Part shown: positions 39,588-42,489 of the stretch, one piece after another | Layout: every line of letters begins with the position of its first letter | Position numbering within the stretch: the stretch's first letter is position 1 | IMG/VR virus record: IMGVR_UViG_3300005043_000002 | Length of the DNA stretch: 42,489 nucleotides | Origin: a virus | Reading direction: 5' to 3' (one strand) | Position numbers and translations under genes: made by a program | Notes under the pieces: model-generated | What the model was told of the DNA's origin: nothing | Database searches by the model: none | What the model saw: the letters and a program-made list of their open reading frames with translations, nothing else

Positions 39588-41060
39588 TTAATCATTAACC
39601 AATACAATAACGTCACTGTGATGTATTGCGCCTGCGCGTTTCAAAGCGATTTGAACAAGTGGGGCTTCGCGTGCTTCTCTCTCCGGTGCAGGTTGCAACA
39701 GAATAGAAATACTGAAAATATAATAACCCTTATCAAGAACGTTTGCTCTAAAGATATCAGGATCGCCGAATGTCTCGCTTGACGTCCATGCGCCCGCAGC
39801 TAGTACGCCATTGCGGATAAACCGCTCGCACACATTACCGTATGCCGCTTTCAAACCGTCCATACCTGACTCAGTCTGTGGTATTTTCGTATTCGTCTGC
39901 CTCAGATAATTAAATCCGGCAACCTCAAGCGCAAACTTAACGGCTAGATCATTGTATGGATTATCGAAATAATCATTACCGCCCGTGGATTCCACAGAGG
40001 GAACACCATCGAACGATACATACATGTCACAACCCGCTATTTTTGCTAGATCGTATATGGTTTGATTTATGCCTGTATCAGGCGTAATCGTTGCCAGCTC
40101 TTTAAGCTGCATAGTTTGGCTTGTATCTGTACCGCTAAAGTTAACAGAATAACCACGTCCAGCGTAGGCAGATTTAAAGAGATTTCCAAGGGAGGGGCTT
40201 TCCGTGTAAAGTAAAAGACGTGTCTTAGTGTTTCCGGCCTGTGAAATTGTTGTGACAATTCCTGCAATATCCTCAGTGCTTGAAACTTGATGTAAGAACA
40301 TATTATCGCGTGCTTGGATCGTGTTGGCAAGCGTTACGATCACGGCGTCTTCCATTTCTAGATTTGTGATAATCGGAACATAACCGACCGCGCCCTCTGT
40401 TCTTGTGATCGCCGCTGCAATCGTTTCGCCAGAAGCATCCACACCACTTACCGCAGCTCCGCCAGCCGTATCGAATAAACCAACGACGGACATATCAGTC
40501 CCAAGTCCGGCGGGCAATTGAACCAGTACAACGTCACTCGCAGCACCGACCTTTTTAGATGTTACTGTAAACCCTGTTGTATCATCTGTGACGATACCAT
40601 TCACAAGAGCGTTTTGCAGAATTGTAACAATATCGGCAATAGTGGACGCACCTGTAAAATTCAAATTAGTCAGGTCATAATCAACCGTGTCGATCGTGAC
40701 GCGGATATCACCGTCGGCCACCGCGATAATACTTGCGAGATTTGCAGAAATATTGGTTGTTGCCCAAGTGCCTTGGGTAGCACTAACCGAAGCCACCAAA
40801 GGAAGGATAACCAAACGGCCTCTACCTGTTCTAATGTTCGGGGCTTGTGAAAATATGGCATTCGCCATCGCCGCTGTTTCGCTGTTCGTCCCATAATCCA
40901 AGGCAACTTGCGCGGCCCCCACATATGTTCTAAATGCATCAAGATTACTTGGTGTTTCAGTTGTGAATAAAGCCAGAGAATTGATATTTTTTTCTGTTAA
41001 ACCAGAAGGCGTGTTCAATATTGAAACATTAATGATATTATTAACTGGAAGGATTGTCAT
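39588..41060 (-). CDS. Tail sheath protein (DUF3383-like)
   Basis: 490 aa, upstream of the tube gene, in the canonical sheath-tube-chaperone-TMP order. Confidence 0.7.
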   Translation of the reverse strand: MTILPVNNIINVSILNTPSGLTEKNINSLALFTTETPSNLDAFRTYVGAAQVALDYGTNSETAAMANAIFSQAPNIRTGRGRLVILPLVASVSATQGTWATTNISANLASIIAVADGDIRVTIDTVDYDLTNLNFTGASTIADIVTILQNALVNGIVTDDTTGFTVTSKKVGAASDVVLVQLPAGLGTDMSVVGLFDTAGGAAVSGVDASGETIAAAITRTEGAVGYVPIITNLEMEDAVIVTLANTIQARDNMFLHQVSSTEDIAGIVTTISQAGNTKTRLLLYTESPSLGNLFKSAYAGRGYSVNFSGTDTSQTMQLKELATITPDTGINQTIYDLAKIAGCDMYVSFDGVPSVESTGGNDYFDNPYNDLAVKFALEVAGFNYLRQTNTKIPQTESGMDGLKAAYGNVCERFIRNGVLAAGAWTSSETFGDPDIFRANVLDKGYYIFSISILLQPAPEREAREAPLVQIALKRAGAIHHSDVIVLVND

Positions 41061-41062
41061 TT

Positions 41063-41638
41063 CTAAAGCTCCGTATTTTCGTCAATTGTAAATTCTATAA
41101 GTCCGGTCGGTGTACCTATTGTTTTCTCATCATCAACGCGAGTTTTAAAGGTATCATAATATTGTTTACCGCCTGTGGTTAGAAGACGTTCTTTACGATA
41201 CCACACGAAGCATGCAAAAGAAAGTGTGAAGCGTGCGAGCTGTGACCCACCTTCGGCAACAGATGTATTAATAAATGAGTTGGGAATACTGAATATTTTA
41301 AAGCCGTAAAACTCTTGTTGTTGCTCAGAATAGATAGAATTTAACGCGGCCACAACTTCCCAACGTCTAAGTAACGCCGACGCACTTCGGGCAAATATTT
41401 CAATCTGGATATTCTCGCGCATCTGCACTTGTTGTATTTCATACGTGTCGGGGTCACGAAATTCAAGCTCAGAATCGCCGGACGACATAACCGTCGCGTC
41501 GCTCATTCCAACGGATACTTTGATATCTTCGCCAGTGGGAATTATATAATTCAATTCATCGACCCAAACATCTGTCGCAGGTAGCGCCATTTGATTTTGA
41601 ATTATATCCACAATTATTTGTGAAGCCAGCTTATCCAT
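41063..41638 (-). CDS. Neck / tail terminator-like protein (191 aa)
   Basis: Assigned from its position between the head-closure and sheath genes. Confidence 0.4.
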   Translation of the reverse strand: MDKLASQIIVDIIQNQMALPATDVWVDELNYIIPTGEDIKVSVGMSDATVMSSGDSELEFRDPDTYEIQQVQMRENIQIEIFARSASALLRRWEVVAALNSIYSEQQQEFYGFKIFSIPNSFINTSVAEGGSQLARFTLSFACFVWYRKERLLTTGGKQYYDTFKTRVDDEKTIGTPTGLIEFTIDENTEL

Positions 41639-42003
41639 TATGTATAATCTTTCACAATTTCATATTCTATAAAACCGTTTAGGCTATAATCCTTGTTTGC
41701 CATAACTTTATATTTTATGTCTCTATATATGATCCGATCATCATTTTTCAAATTCAAATCACCAGCAACGGCATGTATTTGCAACCACTGCCAAGACCTT
41801 TGACCTTCTGGCTTGAGCTGTACATGCTCTGCTTTTAGAGGTTGGATTGTCCCTCTGAACGATGTATCGACGAAAGAATTTACAGTCAGACCATCCACAA
41901 GAGTTTGAGTGATAACACTAATCGTAATAACGTTTTGCCAGCCGTTCAAAGTGGCGGACATTTGGGGCATTCCAGAAATTTGATTTAATGGAGTCGCTAC
42001 CAT
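41638..42003 (-). CDS. Head-tail adaptor / head closure protein (SPP1 gp16-like)
   Basis: GTIQPLKAEHVQLKPEGQRSW...DDRIIYRDIKYKV fits the Phage_H_T_join pattern. Confidence 0.55.
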   Translation of the reverse strand: MVATPLNQISGMPQMSATLNGWQNVITISVITQTLVDGLTVNSFVDTSFRGTIQPLKAEHVQLKPEGQRSWQWLQIHAVAGDLNLKNDDRIIYRDIKYKVMANKDYSLNGFIEYEIVKDYT

Positions 42004-42136
42004 TACAGAGAAAACCTCGTGATATAAAATAAACTAAATGGTATTTTCATTTTCAAACCTAACCAAATTAAGAGTATGGGCATTCTCTTAAATCTTTTTT
42101 GTATGTCGATATTCACTATTAATTTTTGTGTTACCA

Positions 42137-42489
42137 TTACAAAGAACTCTTTCTAACTACGTCCGAGGTGACGGATTTCCGAAGTTCCGCAGTATCAATC
42201 AATATACCAGAAGAACCCTTGCGCGCAATAGTGCTTGACTCGAGGGCGGGCCACTTGCCGAAACCGCCAGTAGCAAAACCATCTTGGACAATCTCTTCGG
42301 CCTTGACACCTAAGAGCGCATAAACCTTTTCGTAATTACCATTCACGAACGCTGCTTGAACCATTTTTGAAGACATGGCTTTCATTAATTCTTTTGATTT
42401 TGTTTCAATCGGCATACGAAGAAATGAGCGAGCGGGGATATGCCCCGTTACACTTCCAAACTCATGCACAAGCCCGATATCCGCGTTCC
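42137..42489 (-). CDS. C-terminal part of the wrapped virion morphogenesis / tail-completion-like CDS (continues from 232..100)
   Basis: See feature 1..232. The tracked Met at 42469 is internal once the circle is closed. Confidence 0.6.
   Translation of the reverse strand, partial: NADIGLVHEFGSVTGHIPARSFLRMPIETKSKELMKAMSSKMVQAAFVNGNYEKVYALLGVKAEEIVQDGFATGGFGKWPALESSTIARKGSSGILIDTAELRKSVTSDVVRKSSL
42391..42489. repeat. 99-bp terminal overlap, identical to 1..99
   Basis: Read directly. Confidence 0.95.

Noticed and set aside
42068-42100. Hairpin TTAAGAG-N10-CTCTTAA in the 133-nt gap inside the late arm, with a T6 run on the plus strand.
   Set aside because: The stem is only 7 bp with two G-C pairs. 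The T-run is on the non-transcribed (plus) strand, and on the minus strand only UUU follows. This is too weak to call a terminator.
1-42489. Search for tRNA/tmRNA genes, CRISPR arrays, integrase/recombinase, transposase, a CI/Cro-type HTH pair, and partition or protelomerase genes.
   Set aside because: Nothing was found by eye. There are no cloverleaf-like T-loop/anticodon arrangements in the non-coding gaps and no regularly spaced repeats of 25-40 bp. No ORF carries tyrosine/serine recombinase or DDE signatures. Absence by eye is not proof, and tRNAscan-SE and HMM searches should confirm it.

Overview
The window is a complete genome of about 42.39 kb from a tailed dsDNA phage with a contractile-tail (myovirus-type) structural module. 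It was assembled as a circle: bases 1-99 are identical to 42391-42489, so the unit length is 42390 bp.

There are two arms.

(1) A leftward late arm starts at 14155 and runs terS, terL, a 3-kb island of 13 tiny genes, portal, a 5-gene accessory cassette, MuF-like protein, scaffold/protease-like protein, decoration-like protein, major capsid and connectors. It then wraps through the window ends into sheath, tube, chaperone with a -1 frameshift, tape measure, baseplate, fiber and the lysis genes, ending at 29506.

(2) A rightward early arm (14787-29509) carries many unknown small genes, a GcrA-C-terminal-like protein, an NPPF methyltransferase-like protein, a Toprim+VirE primase-helicase, an SF2 helicase, a VRR-NUC nuclease and a RecE-like/RecT pair.

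I found no integrase, tRNA, rRNA, CRISPR array or transposase. Lipobox lipoproteins suggest a Gram-negative host, and the GcrA-like motif hints at an alphaproteobacterium.

The most interesting signals are:
- A 19-bp bipartite box (TGTTGACA-N3-TGCTAACA) sits on the -35 of six rightward early promoters. It also occurs at a promoter inside the late arm and in the late leader.
- An untracked 58-aa ribbon-helix-helix-like gene is the only leftward gene in the early arm. It sits in a four-box, face-to-face promoter switch.
- Two accessory cassettes interrupt the otherwise canonical terL-portal-MuF order.
- Two covarying structured leaders lie upstream of two early genes.
- A repeat- and dyad-rich 630-bp control region separates the two arms.

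All protein-family calls are pattern recognition from memory, not database searches.
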